Below are positions 48,966 through 58,333 of a stretch of DNA of 64,000 nt, one piece after another; within the stretch, counting starts at the first letter, position 1; the number at the start of each line of letters is the position of its first letter. The DNA comes from an uncultured Poribacteria bacterium. Its GTDB lineage: Bacteria; Poribacteria; WGA-4E; WGA-3G. The translations under genes were made by a program, and so were the position numbers. Location: NCBI GenBank assembly GCA_958296135.2, contig CATQHZ020000002.1:1-64000 (forward strand), in the 5' to 3' direction. Below the pieces are notes generated by a model. It did not search any database. It was not told the DNA's origin and was given only the letters and a program-made list of their open reading frames with translations.

Positions 48966-49370
48966 TCATTCAAAGTCGTATAACTTGAAATTTTCGTCTA
49001 ACTTGAAATTAAGATACGGCTTTGGATCAACTTCAACTAAGCCATGAAAATCATGAATTTTGGTATAACCAGGCTTGAAAAGAACTTGAACTTTTCCAAA
49101 TCCTTTTAGTTCGATAATTTTGCGATCGAGTAAGTGATTTGTAATTTGATTGTAGTCTTCTTTTTTGCGTGTTGAATCAAAATAGAAGATATCCCAGATA
49201 ATATTTTTAAGATCTATGTCTGGTTCGAATTCAATTGTTCCGTTAACAAGAGAAAAACGACCTAGATCGTCAAATCTAGCCCGCTTTCCTTCCAGTAATA
49301 CTCGTTTTAGTTGATTTGGATCAACCATTCTGTATGTGACTTTTCTATTCATTATTATAATTCCTCGCAA
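48966..49370 (-). CDS. hypothetical protein
   Basis: Co-oriented ORF. Confidence 0.6.
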   Translation of the reverse strand: MRGIIIMNRKVTYRMVDPNQLKRVLLEGKRARFDDLGRFSLVNGTIEFEPDIDLKNIIWDIFYFDSTRKKEDYNQITNHLLDRKIIELKGFGKVQVLFKPGYTKIHDFHGLVEVDPKPYLNFKLDENFKLYDFE

Positions 49371-49647
49371 ATTCTATTATTTTGTCAAATGTATCTTTAG
49401 TGAGCCAAGGTGAATTACAGCAACCGCAATTTGTTCCTTTTAATATAAGGAGAAGTTTTATTATGCCAGCAGTTTGAAGATCTGTTATCTTCAAAGATCC
49501 AGCACTTGTAACTTCATATTCTTTTTTCTGACGCTTAAGTTCAAGAATTCTTTGATCGATATTTTCAACCTTCTGCAATTCGTAATGAAAGCCGTCAATT
49601 AGTTCGTGCCAGTTATCTTCAATTTTTATAAATAGTTTCTTACTCAT
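49345..49647 (-). CDS. hypothetical protein
   Basis: AAGGAG RBS; CGCC motif. Confidence 0.6.
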   Translation of the reverse strand: MSKKLFIKIEDNWHELIDGFHYELQKVENIDQRILELKRQKKEYEVTSAGSLKITDLQTAGIIKLLLILKGTNCGCCNSPWLTKDTFDKIIEFARNYNNE

Positions 49648-49814
49648 TTTTATTTTTCTCCTTCAAGTTCTTTATCGCCTTCTTCACTTTTCTGTGATCA
49701 TAATAAGCTAATGCTGCTCCAACTAAAGAGCTAATGATACCCACTACAATAAGTATCGCAAACGACCAATAAACTAATTTTAGTGACATGATATGACCTC
49801 CATGATCCTTTGGA

Positions 49815-50060
49815 TCAATACGTATGACGTTTCATTGTTCCTTGAATACCTTGAGATTTTCTACGCTTATTTCGGCATTCTTCCCAATGAATCGCCCGTT
49901 GTAAATGATATATTACGCATTCGTTCTCGTAACATGGTAATACCTCATTCAAATATCTAACTCTATCAAGAGTTTCTTGAATTACATCTTCTACTCGAAG
50001 TCCCTTCCGTTCAACTTTATTCCAGTCAGTTAAGTTTTGTTCAGCAAGTTTTTTATTCAT
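49815..50060 (-). CDS. Tad1-like immune-signal sponge protein
   Basis: GLRVEDVIQETLDRVRYLN...PCYENECVIYHLQRAIHW...R..RR..QGIQGT matches the Tad1 C-terminal pattern G...DL....DRL..F.....REN..A.THVEEAL.W..RR...R...V.GT as I recall it. Confidence 0.7.
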   Translation of the reverse strand: MNKKLAEQNLTDWNKVERKGLRVEDVIQETLDRVRYLNEVLPCYENECVIYHLQRAIHWEECRNKRRKSQGIQGTMKRHTY

Positions 50061-50478
50061 GATTCCACTCCAAATCGCCAGCGAACGTTAATCCTAGTTC
50101 TTTAGCCCATGCACGAGCATAGTTGTCTGCTATTTGAAATACGATTTCTTTTAGAGCCTCATTATAATTATCAACATCTTCTTTTGTGACTACTGTTCGG
50201 CCCCAAAGATTGTGACCAATGAAGATCAGCTTCACATGATCTTCCGACACTTTTTCAGCTTCGGAAACATGTCTATTATATTTACGATAGAAATTTTCAT
50301 GCATTCCAACTGTAATCTCGTTCCACGCGTCCTCGAACCCCAAACACCCAATTGAAAATTCCATTGATTTCGGATCTGTCATTTCCATGAACTCGATCCC
50401 GTCCGCCAAAAGTTGGTGAGTATTACTGCTTACCCAATCTTCGTTTATAGTTGGCAGATGTATAAATAAATCTGTCAT
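50053..50478 (-). CDS. hypothetical acidic protein
   Basis: AAGGAG RBS; first gene after class M promoter copy 5. Confidence 0.65.
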   Translation of the reverse strand: MTDLFIHLPTINEDWVSSNTHQLLADGIEFMEMTDPKSMEFSIGCLGFEDAWNEITVGMHENFYRKYNRHVSEAEKVSEDHVKLIFIGHNLWGRTVVTKEDVDNYNEALKEIVFQIADNYARAWAKELGLTFAGDLEWNHE

Positions 50479-50503
50479 TATTTTGCTCCTTTTTGTTCCT
50501 TTA

Positions 50504-50544
50504 TATTATTAAAATATTAAATTTTCAAGGGCATTTAAATCCAA
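50504..50544 (-). promoter_or_regulatory. class M promoter motif, copy 5
   Basis: TATTATTAAAATATTAAATTTTCAAGGGCATTTAAATCCAA; further TTTAAATCCAA at 50584 and 50634. Confidence 0.8.
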
Positions 50545-50961
50545 ATAAATAAATATTTAATATTGAAAATATATTTCTGGTCGTTTAAATCCAAGCGACC
50601 AATATTTTTTATTGAAATGTTTTCAATTGGCGATTTAAATCCAATAAAATGTTTCATTGAAAAAAGTTGAAAAATTTGTTTGCAAAAATTTGGGATCCTG
50701 GTTTATATTATACAAGTAAATGTTTTTCGTCGGATATATCAAGATTGAATTAGATATATTGGATTGATCTCAAAAAGTTGATTTAGGATTTTTACAGGCA
50801 AATTACTAACCGGATTAGGAGTCCCACGTTTTCAAATAGGATTATAACAACATCATCAATGGCAGATGTCTGATCCAACAGCCCATGTTATTGATCTTGA
50901 TTAACATCTTGATTGTAAGGATCATAACCCTGATGGATGTTAGACAATCGATCCCTGTTAA

Positions 50962-50995
50962 CAAAAAATAAAGGACCGGAATCCGCTCCGGCCCT
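50962..50995 (-). terminator. GCGGAT-loop hairpin with U-tract closing the early gene array
   Basis: Minus strand AGGGCCGGA-GCGGAT-TCCGGTCCT-TTATTTTTT. Confidence 0.7.
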
Positions 50996-51027
50996 CTACT
51001 CTGATCGTTATGATCAATCACTCCCTG

Positions 51028-51525
51028 TTAGCAGACTATGGTCACCTCCTGATCTTCGCCGAACAACACCTCCCTGATGATCATGCCAGCCATCTCGATA
51101 TGATAGCCAACAACCTTGTCAGACTCATAATAGCAACAGGGCTTGATGATCCCTAAGAACTGAAGCTGATTGATCGCACAATCCATCGCCTGATAATAAG
51201 TCGGGAGATTCGGATCGACCTTATCATCAAAGTCCTTGATTGTATATCGACATAACCGGTTAAGATCCCGATCATCCCTGTCGGTCGCCTTGATCAACTC
51301 CTCCTCTAGTTCGCGCGGGCTGACCAGATCGGATCCTAATTTAGTCACCGCCTGGACGATATATCCCACAAGATCGGTTGGATTTTTCACATCCCTGATC
51401 CAGTGGGGGAGCTCATCTATCAATGTTGCCGCTTGATCCGCTTTGATGATCGCATTGACGATCCGCTGATCTTCGGTCACAATTATCAACTCGTTGCTCT
51501 TGTGATCAAATATTGGGGTTGTCAT
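51028..51525 (-). CDS. early protein, paralog family A (winged-helix-like C-terminus)
   Basis: AINQLQFLGII...AGMIIREVLFG..QEVTI shared with 51608, 56319, 57904 and 61426. Confidence 0.7.
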   Translation of the reverse strand: MTTPIFDHKSNELIIVTEDQRIVNAIIKADQAATLIDELPHWIRDVKNPTDLVGYIVQAVTKLGSDLVSPRELEEELIKATDRDDRDLNRLCRYTIKDFDDKVDPNLPTYYQAMDCAINQLQFLGIIKPCCYYESDKVVGYHIEMAGMIIREVLFGEDQEVTIVC

Positions 51526-51607
51526 TATATTCTCCTGTCGGACTCTAAATTTTAGGGCTTGATTGGGAGAGGATCAACATCCGCGCTGATCCCCTCCGAC
51601 ATCATGA

Positions 51608-52141
51608 TTAGGCTCTTATTGTGACCTCTTGAGCTGTCCCAAAGGACAACTCCTTGAGGACACGGCCAGCTATCAGGAGCCTGACGCCTGTCGCCTCATA
51701 TCGATAGCGATCATGGGGGACAGGATCGGATAGCTCCTCAAAATCAGTCCTGATCAACTCCTGGATATCAAGCAAGGATAGTCCGTGCAAGACAGCCTGA
51801 TCGATCGGATCATCATAGATCTGAGGTTCCTCATATAGATCCTCAAGATCTTGGGACGCCAACTGGGATAGCAGATCCATTCGACCCTGATAGCGAGCCT
51901 CAAGATCAGCCTTGATCTCATCGACGGTGACAAGATCCTGATCGCTTTGGAGGACAACGCTTGTTAGAACGTCATGGAACAGCTCCGGATTGATCATCGC
52001 AGCCACCGTTGTGGGATCTGCAACATCCTCAATGTTTTTGACATCAAACTCATCAACGCTGTTGACGGTGACGAGTCTATTGCTGTTGGGAGGGCTGATC
52101 CTCATTTGAAAGAGAGGATCAACATTGATTTGATAAGACAT
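51608..52141 (-). CDS. early protein, family A (start revised to MSYQINV)
   Basis: CAGGAG RBS before the ATG at 52141; AGRVLKELSFG..QEVTI; very acidic. Confidence 0.75.
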   Translation of the reverse strand: MSYQINVDPLFQMRISPPNSNRLVTVNSVDEFDVKNIEDVADPTTVAAMINPELFHDVLTSVVLQSDQDLVTVDEIKADLEARYQGRMDLLSQLASQDLEDLYEEPQIYDDPIDQAVLHGLSLLDIQELIRTDFEELSDPVPHDRYRYEATGVRLLIAGRVLKELSFGTAQEVTIRA

Positions 52142-52385
52142 TATATACTCCTGCTTGATTGGATCTTTATGATCCTTTATTGATTTGTTTGATCTATCAT
52201 ATGTTGGATCAATTATTTGATCCGTCAGGAGAGCGACTCCTTGCCGCCCCCCTCCTATATATAATATAGGCGATCGACCGTTGATTTCAGATCGAACATC
52301 CAATTTTTTTTGGAGCGGACATCCGATCCAGCTGATTGTGATGAGAGGACCGGATCCGCCCGATCCCCTCAACAGCTTGATGATC

Positions 52386-52721
52386 TTAAGCAAGGACATG
52401 ATCGATCCAATTATGAACCCAGCGGACATATTGACGCCGCCAGACCTCAATACGCAATCCGTAATGGTTGCCAACGGTGGGATCCTGATCATATATGCGA
52501 CGCTGGGAGTTGATCGCAGACTCAATATCAGCTCTGAGTTTGCCCATAAACAACCAGACCTCAAGATCCGATCTGAACTTGATCACATATCGCAATCTGA
52601 ACAGATCTTTTTTTAGCGACCGGCAGCCGCTTTTGATCCACTGGTTATCAGACTCTATCATCTCGGTGTGGAGCTGCTCGATCTGCTCCTCGATCGGTTT
52701 GACAACATTTTTGATCGACAT
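52386..52721 (-). CDS. early protein, family B (start revised to MSIKNVV)
   Basis: GAGGA RBS; KDLFRLRYVIKF resembles KDLSRIQYHVHV of the upstream gene. Confidence 0.65.
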   Translation of the reverse strand: MSIKNVVKPIEEQIEQLHTEMIESDNQWIKSGCRSLKKDLFRLRYVIKFRSDLEVWLFMGKLRADIESAINSQRRIYDQDPTVGNHYGLRIEVWRRQYVRWVHNWIDHVLA

Positions 52722-52837
52722 TATATAATCCTCTATTGGCTCAATTATTATTGAACCGTCTTGATTTGTGGGCAAGGGACCGGATCCGCTCCGATCCCAT
52801 CAGCCCGATTGATTTTTATTGAACAGCTTGTCTCAAT

Positions 52838-53512
52838 CTATAGATCCTCTTGTCCTGTAAGGACATCTTTGAGTCGACTTAGATCAGCAATCCGTTGGCG
52901 TTCTAGCTTCTCATCCGTCTGATCGCACTCCTTGATCCAATTGATCCGTTGATCGATAACAACGACTGCTCGATCTGCGTTCCGGTTCATATTGATGTCG
53001 GCGTACAATCTGCTTAGATCGTCAATCCGCGTCTGGACCGCCCAATCATCATAGCTGTCGGGATCTATCGCATCAAGATCCTGGATCAGCCCCTCATATC
53101 GAGCGTGGATTGCTCCAATATATTTATCGGTGAACATTTTTTTGATCTCCTCGTTGATTGTGACGACGGGACCGGATCCGCCCGATCCATCATCATCTGT
53201 TAGCAAGATCGATCTCGCCTTGTTAAGATTATCGATCCGCTCCTGTTTGTGCTCATCATCAGGGACCAGTCGCCTGATCGTCCTCAACAGTTGATCGACT
53301 CGCTCAACCGTCCTTGTCGGATTATCATCGACATGGACATGATATTGGATCCGCGACAGATCCTTGATTTGATCCCTTAGGATCCGGCATGTGAACAACG
53401 ACGGGACCGATGTTTGCTCGATCCCATCAAGATCGGTGTTGAGATCATCGATCATGACCTCAATTGCCTTATATGCTTGTCGGACATTTGGGCTAACAAA
53501 TTTGATTGTCAA
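52838..53512 (-). CDS. early protein, family B, two domains fused in frame (probable TTG start at 53512; internal RBS and ATG for MFTDKY)
   Basis: GAGGA-TAAAAAA-TTG start; linker DGSGGSGP is encoded by a GCGGAT hairpin; GAGGAG-N9-ATG inside the ORF. Confidence 0.65.
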   Translation of the reverse strand: MTIKFVSPNVRQAYKAIEVMIDDLNTDLDGIEQTSVPSLFTCRILRDQIKDLSRIQYHVHVDDNPTRTVERVDQLLRTIRRLVPDDEHKQERIDNLNKARSILLTDDDGSGGSGPVVTINEEIKKMFTDKYIGAIHARYEGLIQDLDAIDPDSYDDWAVQTRIDDLSRLYADINMNRNADRAVVVIDQRINWIKECDQTDEKLERQRIADLSRLKDVLTGQEDL

Positions 53513-53779
53513 TTTTTTATCCTCATTGATTGGATCTTTATGATCCTTTATTGATTGATCTGATCTATCATATGTTGGATCAATTATTTGATCCGTCTGG
53601 GAGCCGCTCATTGCCGCCCCCCCTCCTATATATAATATAGGCGATCGGAGCCTGATATCAGATCAGACATCCAAAAAAGTGGGATCAATTATTTGATCCA
53701 TCATTTGGGTTCAACATCTATCAGGCTGATTGTGACGAGAGGACCGGATCCGCCCGATCCCCTCAACAGCTTGATGATC

Positions 53780-54439
53780 TTAGGCATCGACCTGATAATG
53801 ATCTTTTAGGATCTGCTTGAGGCGGACTATATGATCCTCGCTGTCCTTAATTTGCTGCCGGATCATGTCCTCAACGCTCAATCCTGTTGTTTTAGCGACG
53901 ACATCATCGATTGTTGCTGTCACAACCTCTGCTGTTGCCGGTTTGACATCCTGAGCCGCGATTGGTTCAGGGACATCAACTCTGATCGCTTCGACAATCG
54001 CATGGATTGGAGCCTTGACATCAACTCTATGATCGCGAGCTTTGATCATGATGTTAAGGACCTCGACACAACGTGGAGTGCAATATCTCTCGCTGGCTTG
54101 ATCGAGCCCGCCATCAATATAGCTCCAAAGTCCGGTGACCGGATCTTTGTCGATCCAACCCCGTCCCATGCCCTTGTCACAACTCCAGATCCTTTTGACC
54201 ATCCGGAGCGGGCTGTTGGGATAGCCACCGGTCTGATTGACGACATGATCATGAACCGGATCGGTTAGCTGCTGCATATCATGGAGCAGATCGCGGAGAG
54301 CAATCGGGCTCCCGTCGCTCGGCATGGACGCCAACATTGCGATATGGACTGTCATCCGCTCTGTTGTTCTGCCGAGGATCAGCAGATCGCTATTATTGAG
54401 GACCGGAGACGCATTGGGTTCAAACATTTGATTGTTCAA
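53780..54439 (-). CDS. early protein, family C (winged-helix-like domain plus C-terminal coiled coil)
   Basis: GRGWID...GLWS and TTGLSVEDMIRQQI..S.D.I.RL.QILK.HYQ shared with 54655. Confidence 0.7.
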   Translation of the reverse strand: MNNQMFEPNASPVLNNSDLLILGRTTERMTVHIAMLASMPSDGSPIALRDLLHDMQQLTDPVHDHVVNQTGGYPNSPLRMVKRIWSCDKGMGRGWIDKDPVTGLWSYIDGGLDQASERYCTPRCVEVLNIMIKARDHRVDVKAPIHAIVEAIRVDVPEPIAAQDVKPATAEVVTATIDDVVAKTTGLSVEDMIRQQIKDSEDHIVRLKQILKDHYQVDA

Positions 54440-54654
54440 TTTATTTCTCCTGTTGGATCTTATGATCCGTCTTGATTGAGTTGATCAATCATATTATTTT
54501 GGGGAGCCAACCCATCGTCGGCTCCTATATATAATATAACGCATTTGGCCTTGATATCAGATCAGACATCCAAAAAATTTTGGCTTTAGACATCCAACCA
54601 ATTTGATGTTGGGAGGGGACCGGCATCCGCGCTGATCCCCTCCGGCTGTTGATT

Positions 54655-55230
54655 TTAAGCAACATCCTGATAATGATTTTTTAAGATCTGCTCCAGTCGA
54701 TCAATATAATCATGCGAGCTTTGGATCTGCTGCCTGATTATAGACTCTAGACTCAGATCTGTTGTCGCCTTGACATCAGGCTTGACCTCTTTGTCCACAA
54801 CAATCGGATCAATGACCTCATCCTGCTCTTGATCGCTATCATTTTGATCCTTGACTTTGTTAAGGACATCCATAAATTGCTCCAGATCCACACCATGATA
54901 GCCCAAATTGCTTTCAACATAGCGTCGGATCTCAACAATGGACGCATCGGTCGCAATCCAGCGGCCAGATTGACATTTGATCCACTGTTTTGCGGACGAC
55001 CACACGGATGTGATCCCAGCGAACTGGTTCTTAGATTTATATTGAGTTTCAAGGAGGTGATTGATCGGGATCAACAGCTCCTGGATAGCAGTCCATATAT
55101 CAGATCTGAACGCTTGATTATCATTATTGATCATGATGTCCAAAGCAACAGCCTGCATCGCGGGACCGATCTTGGTGTGATTTAAGATCATCACATCGTC
55201 GGTTGTCAAAACTCTTTCAGGTGCGAACAT
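54655..55230 (-). CDS. early protein, family C
   Basis: TTDLSLESIIRQQIQSSHDYIDRLEQILKNHYQ; WI...SGRWIAT wing-like segment. Confidence 0.7.
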   Translation of the reverse strand: MFAPERVLTTDDVMILNHTKIGPAMQAVALDIMINNDNQAFRSDIWTAIQELLIPINHLLETQYKSKNQFAGITSVWSSAKQWIKCQSGRWIATDASIVEIRRYVESNLGYHGVDLEQFMDVLNKVKDQNDSDQEQDEVIDPIVVDKEVKPDVKATTDLSLESIIRQQIQSSHDYIDRLEQILKNHYQDVA

Positions 55231-55321
55231 TTTATATACTCCATTAGCGGATAACTTACGCTATCCTATTTGATTGCGATGGGAGGACCGGCATCCGCGC
55301 CAGCCCTCCATCCGGTTAGCA

Positions 55322-55693
55322 TTAAATATCAATTTCGCCTGTCAATATTTCAACAACATAGCGCAGATCCGCCTCAAGATCCGGATATTGACCGTCATCC
55401 GTCCAGCGGCTATAGACGACGCTGATCAGCCTGATTGTCTTGACGCGATCCTTATAGACTGTCAAATGACTCAAGACGCGGCTCAGGACCTCAACCCGAT
55501 CGGTTAGCCGATCATAGACGCCCATCTGTTTGACCGTCATATCATCGATGTTGTCCGTCATGGGTTCCAGCTCGTCCTCGATCTGTTCCAATTGAGTGAT
55601 CATCGCACCGATGGCGAAGTCGACTCTAACGACAGGATCTTGTTGATCGATCAGATCCAAGATCGGCGTTTGATCTATCTTTGCGGTTGTCAT
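55322..55693 (-). CDS. early protein, family B
   Basis: DQT.ILD...Q.D...RVD.AI...LSRVL...YKD..KT...QYPDL..D..YV..ILTG shared with 55887. Confidence 0.75.
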   Translation of the reverse strand: MTTAKIDQTPILDLIDQQDPVVRVDFAIGAMITQLEQIEDELEPMTDNIDDMTVKQMGVYDRLTDRVEVLSRVLSHLTVYKDRVKTIRLISVVYSRWTDDGQYPDLEADLRYVVEILTGEIDI

Positions 55694-55886
55694 TTTTATT
55701 TATCCCCTTGTTGAGTTGATCCAAACAATTATTGGGAGCCGCTCATTGCCGCCCCCTCCTATATATAATATAACGCATTTGGCCTTGTTATCAGATCAGA
55801 CATCCAAAAAATTTTGGATCCAGACATCCGACAGCCTGATCGGTTGGGAGAGGACCGGCATCCGCGCCGATCCCCTCAACTGATTA

Positions 55887-56252
55887 TTAAATAATTTCAA
55901 AATTGCCTGTCAATATATCTCTGACATAATTGATGTCGAACACCAGATCCGGATATTGATCCTCCCAAAATCCGTAGGTTGTATCAATCATCTTGACGGT
56001 TTTATCAGGATCCTTATAGATCCTAATATAATTCAAGACTCGACTCAACATCTCAATCAGAGCTGTTTGAGCGTCTAGCGACCGTTGTAATCCTAGAGTC
56101 ATATCAGGATGCTTGTCGACAAACACCTCCAGATCGTTCTCTCTTTCCTCTAATGTTGGCTCTAACGTTCTGATGGCGAGATCGACTCTAAATTCCGCAT
56201 CTGTTTGCTCAAGCCGATCCAATATTGTTGTTTGATCTAATCTGACTGTCAT
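55887..56252 (-). CDS. early protein, family B
   Basis: Tandem paralog of 55322-55693. Confidence 0.75.
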   Translation of the reverse strand: MTVRLDQTTILDRLEQTDAEFRVDLAIRTLEPTLEERENDLEVFVDKHPDMTLGLQRSLDAQTALIEMLSRVLNYIRIYKDPDKTVKMIDTTYGFWEDQYPDLVFDINYVRDILTGNFEII

Positions 56253-56318
56253 TTTTTATTTATCCTTATTGATTGTGGACAAGGGACCGGATCCGCTCCG
56301 ATCCCTATCCGGTTATTA

Positions 56319-56846
56319 TTAAGCATCCACGCCACGGTTGGCTCTAACGGTCGCCATATGATCGCTCCCAAACGCCAACTCCTTGAGGACTCTGCCCACA
56401 AGAGTCAGCTTATATTGGGCTTGATCAAGTTCGCAAGTCGGATCAACCTCATTGATTAGATTTATATCAACAAGCTGCTCCAGAGTGGATCCAATCGACT
56501 CCTCGATAACTCGCTCCATCATTGGGATGTCAAAAATATCGACCACCCGATCTAAGCTGTCAATCAGAGCCTCCTGATCGTCAAGATCAAGCCGTCCAAA
56601 CCGAGCCTCGACATCCGCGTCGATCTCGTCACGGCTAACAGGATCCTGATCGCTTTGGGCAATCGATCCCAGAACGATCTCATAAAGATCCTCTTGATTG
56701 CGAAGGGACTCAACACTCATGGGAGTGCAGACATCCTCAATATCCTCGATGTCGCTGACATCCAGATCTGTGACCGTAATATATCGACCTTGATCTGCGA
56801 TGACGACTGTCCTTGTCTCATTTTTGCGATCAAATTTGATTGCCAT
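56319..56846 (-). CDS. early protein, family A (start revised to MAIKFD)
   Basis: IEDV..P...QSDQD.V..DEI.AD.EAR and GRVLKELAFG shared with 51608; highly acidic. Confidence 0.75.
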   Translation of the reverse strand: MAIKFDRKNETRTVVIADQGRYITVTDLDVSDIEDIEDVCTPMSVESLRNQEDLYEIVLGSIAQSDQDPVSRDEIDADVEARFGRLDLDDQEALIDSLDRVVDIFDIPMMERVIEESIGSTLEQLVDINLINEVDPTCELDQAQYKLTLVGRVLKELAFGSDHMATVRANRGVDA

Positions 56847-57062
56847 TATATACTCCATCTTGATTTGTTTGATCCAATCATCTCAATTTGGGAGCCAACC
56901 CATCGTCGGCTCCTATATATAATATAACGCATTTGGCCCTGTTATCAGATCAGACATCCAAAAAAGTGGGATCAATTATTTGATCCATCATTTGGGTTCT
57001 GACATCCGACAGCCTGATTGTCTTGGAGAGGACCGGATCCGCCCGATCCCCTCCGATCATTG

Positions 57063-57581
57063 TTATTCAGATGCATACTTTGATATGATCTGCTCCAACT
57101 GCGTAAAGAGTTGATCAATCCTCTTTTTAGATTTCTCCATAGGACTGCCAGTACTGTCAATAACATCAACGGTTGATAGATCCTCTACTTCTTTTGTGAC
57201 AATTTCTTCAACAACATCGTTGTTATTATATCCATAATCGATGTTATCAAAGAACATCAACCCAAGATCGAAATCCGCTTCAATCTTAGCCTGTTCGATT
57301 GCTCCATCATTGAATGATAGCATGCCGTTAATACCATCGGTTTGACGATCGAGCCAACCCCTGCCGTTCCCATTATCATATCCATAGAACTGAGCAAGCG
57401 ATCCGATCCGATCGATCATACGACCAGTCAACGTGTTGTCGACTATCAACAGCTCCAGATTTGAATCTAAAACCGACTCGATTTCTCTCATCAATTCGCA
57501 CTTGCGGCGAACGCCATCCCGCTCTAGGATAGCGATCCATAACCACTTGGCGGCGTCTCTTTCTCTAACACGGATTGTCAT
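57063..57581 (-). CDS. early protein, distant family C member
   Basis: GNGRGWLDR...GMLSF.DG versus GMGRGWIDK...GLWSY.DG; C-terminal ..LEQII.KY. Confidence 0.65.
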   Translation of the reverse strand: MTIRVRERDAAKWLWIAILERDGVRRKCELMREIESVLDSNLELLIVDNTLTGRMIDRIGSLAQFYGYDNGNGRGWLDRQTDGINGMLSFNDGAIEQAKIEADFDLGLMFFDNIDYGYNNNDVVEEIVTKEVEDLSTVDVIDSTGSPMEKSKKRIDQLFTQLEQIISKYASE

Positions 57582-57727
57582 TTTTTATTTATCCTCTTGT
57601 TGCGTTGATCCAATCATCTCAATTTGGGAACCAACCCATCGTCGGCTCCTATATATAATATAACGCATTTGGCCCTGTTATCAGATCGGACAACCAAAAA
57701 ATTTTGGTTCCGACATCCATCAGGACC

Positions 57728-57826
57728 TCAGACCTCATAACCGAGCAGATAAAGAAATATGCTCACAATGATAATGAAAGTCAAATAGATCCCGATATTC
57801 ATTAACAATCTTTTATATGTGTCCAT
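57728..57826 (-). CDS. 32-aa single-TM peptide (not in ORF track)
   Basis: MDTYKRLLMNIGIYLTFIIIVSIFLYLLGYEV, preceded by AAAGGT. Confidence 0.5.
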   Translation of the reverse strand: MDTYKRLLMNIGIYLTFIIIVSIFLYLLGYEV

Positions 57827-57903
57827 AAAATCAACCTTTGATATGTCTCCATATGAACAAGAAAGGAGAGCTAGCATCCGCGCCAGCCCTCCTAACATCA
57901 ATC

Positions 57904-58332
57904 CTAGTTGTCAAACAGCAAATCCAATATGATGTGGCCAACCTTTGTCGGCTTGACTCCTTGTTTATTACAACGATGGATGACTCCCATAAGTATCATA
58001 TCATGGACGACATCATAAAACGCTCGATCGAACGCGCTTCTCCTTCGAACCTTGATATCTTGATCATCATCAGGCTGATATGGTTCAAACGATCTGGCGG
58101 TATAATGCTTTAGATCAGATATATGGATCCAATCAAGAGGTCCAAGTTGACTCAACTCCTCACATAGATGGCGTCGGAGCCTCAGATCCTTGAAATCCTT
58201 AAGGACCTCCACGTTGCATAAATATTGCAAATCATTGAACTGATCATCCGTCAATCCGCTGGCGGTGACCGTTTTGACATTATCATTGATTGTGATGGTT
58301 ATCGCTACGCTATGTTCAAATTGGACATCCAT
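57904..58332 (-). CDS. early protein, distant family A member (start revised to MDVQFE)
   Basis: GGAGGT RBS; MILMGVI...PTKVGHIILDLLFD. Confidence 0.6.
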   Translation of the reverse strand: MDVQFEHSVAITITINDNVKTVTASGLTDDQFNDLQYLCNVEVLKDFKDLRLRRHLCEELSQLGPLDWIHISDLKHYTARSFEPYQPDDDQDIKVRRRSAFDRAFYDVVHDMILMGVIHRCNKQGVKPTKVGHIILDLLFDN

Positions 58333-58333
58333 G

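Noticed and set aside
51608-52564. 318-aa ORF as called in the track, and similar N-terminal extensions ending at 53611, 59434, 60356, 61115, 62088 and 63107
   Set aside because: The extensions run through promoter and hairpin repeats. Good RBS-start pairs lie downstream, so the starts were revised.
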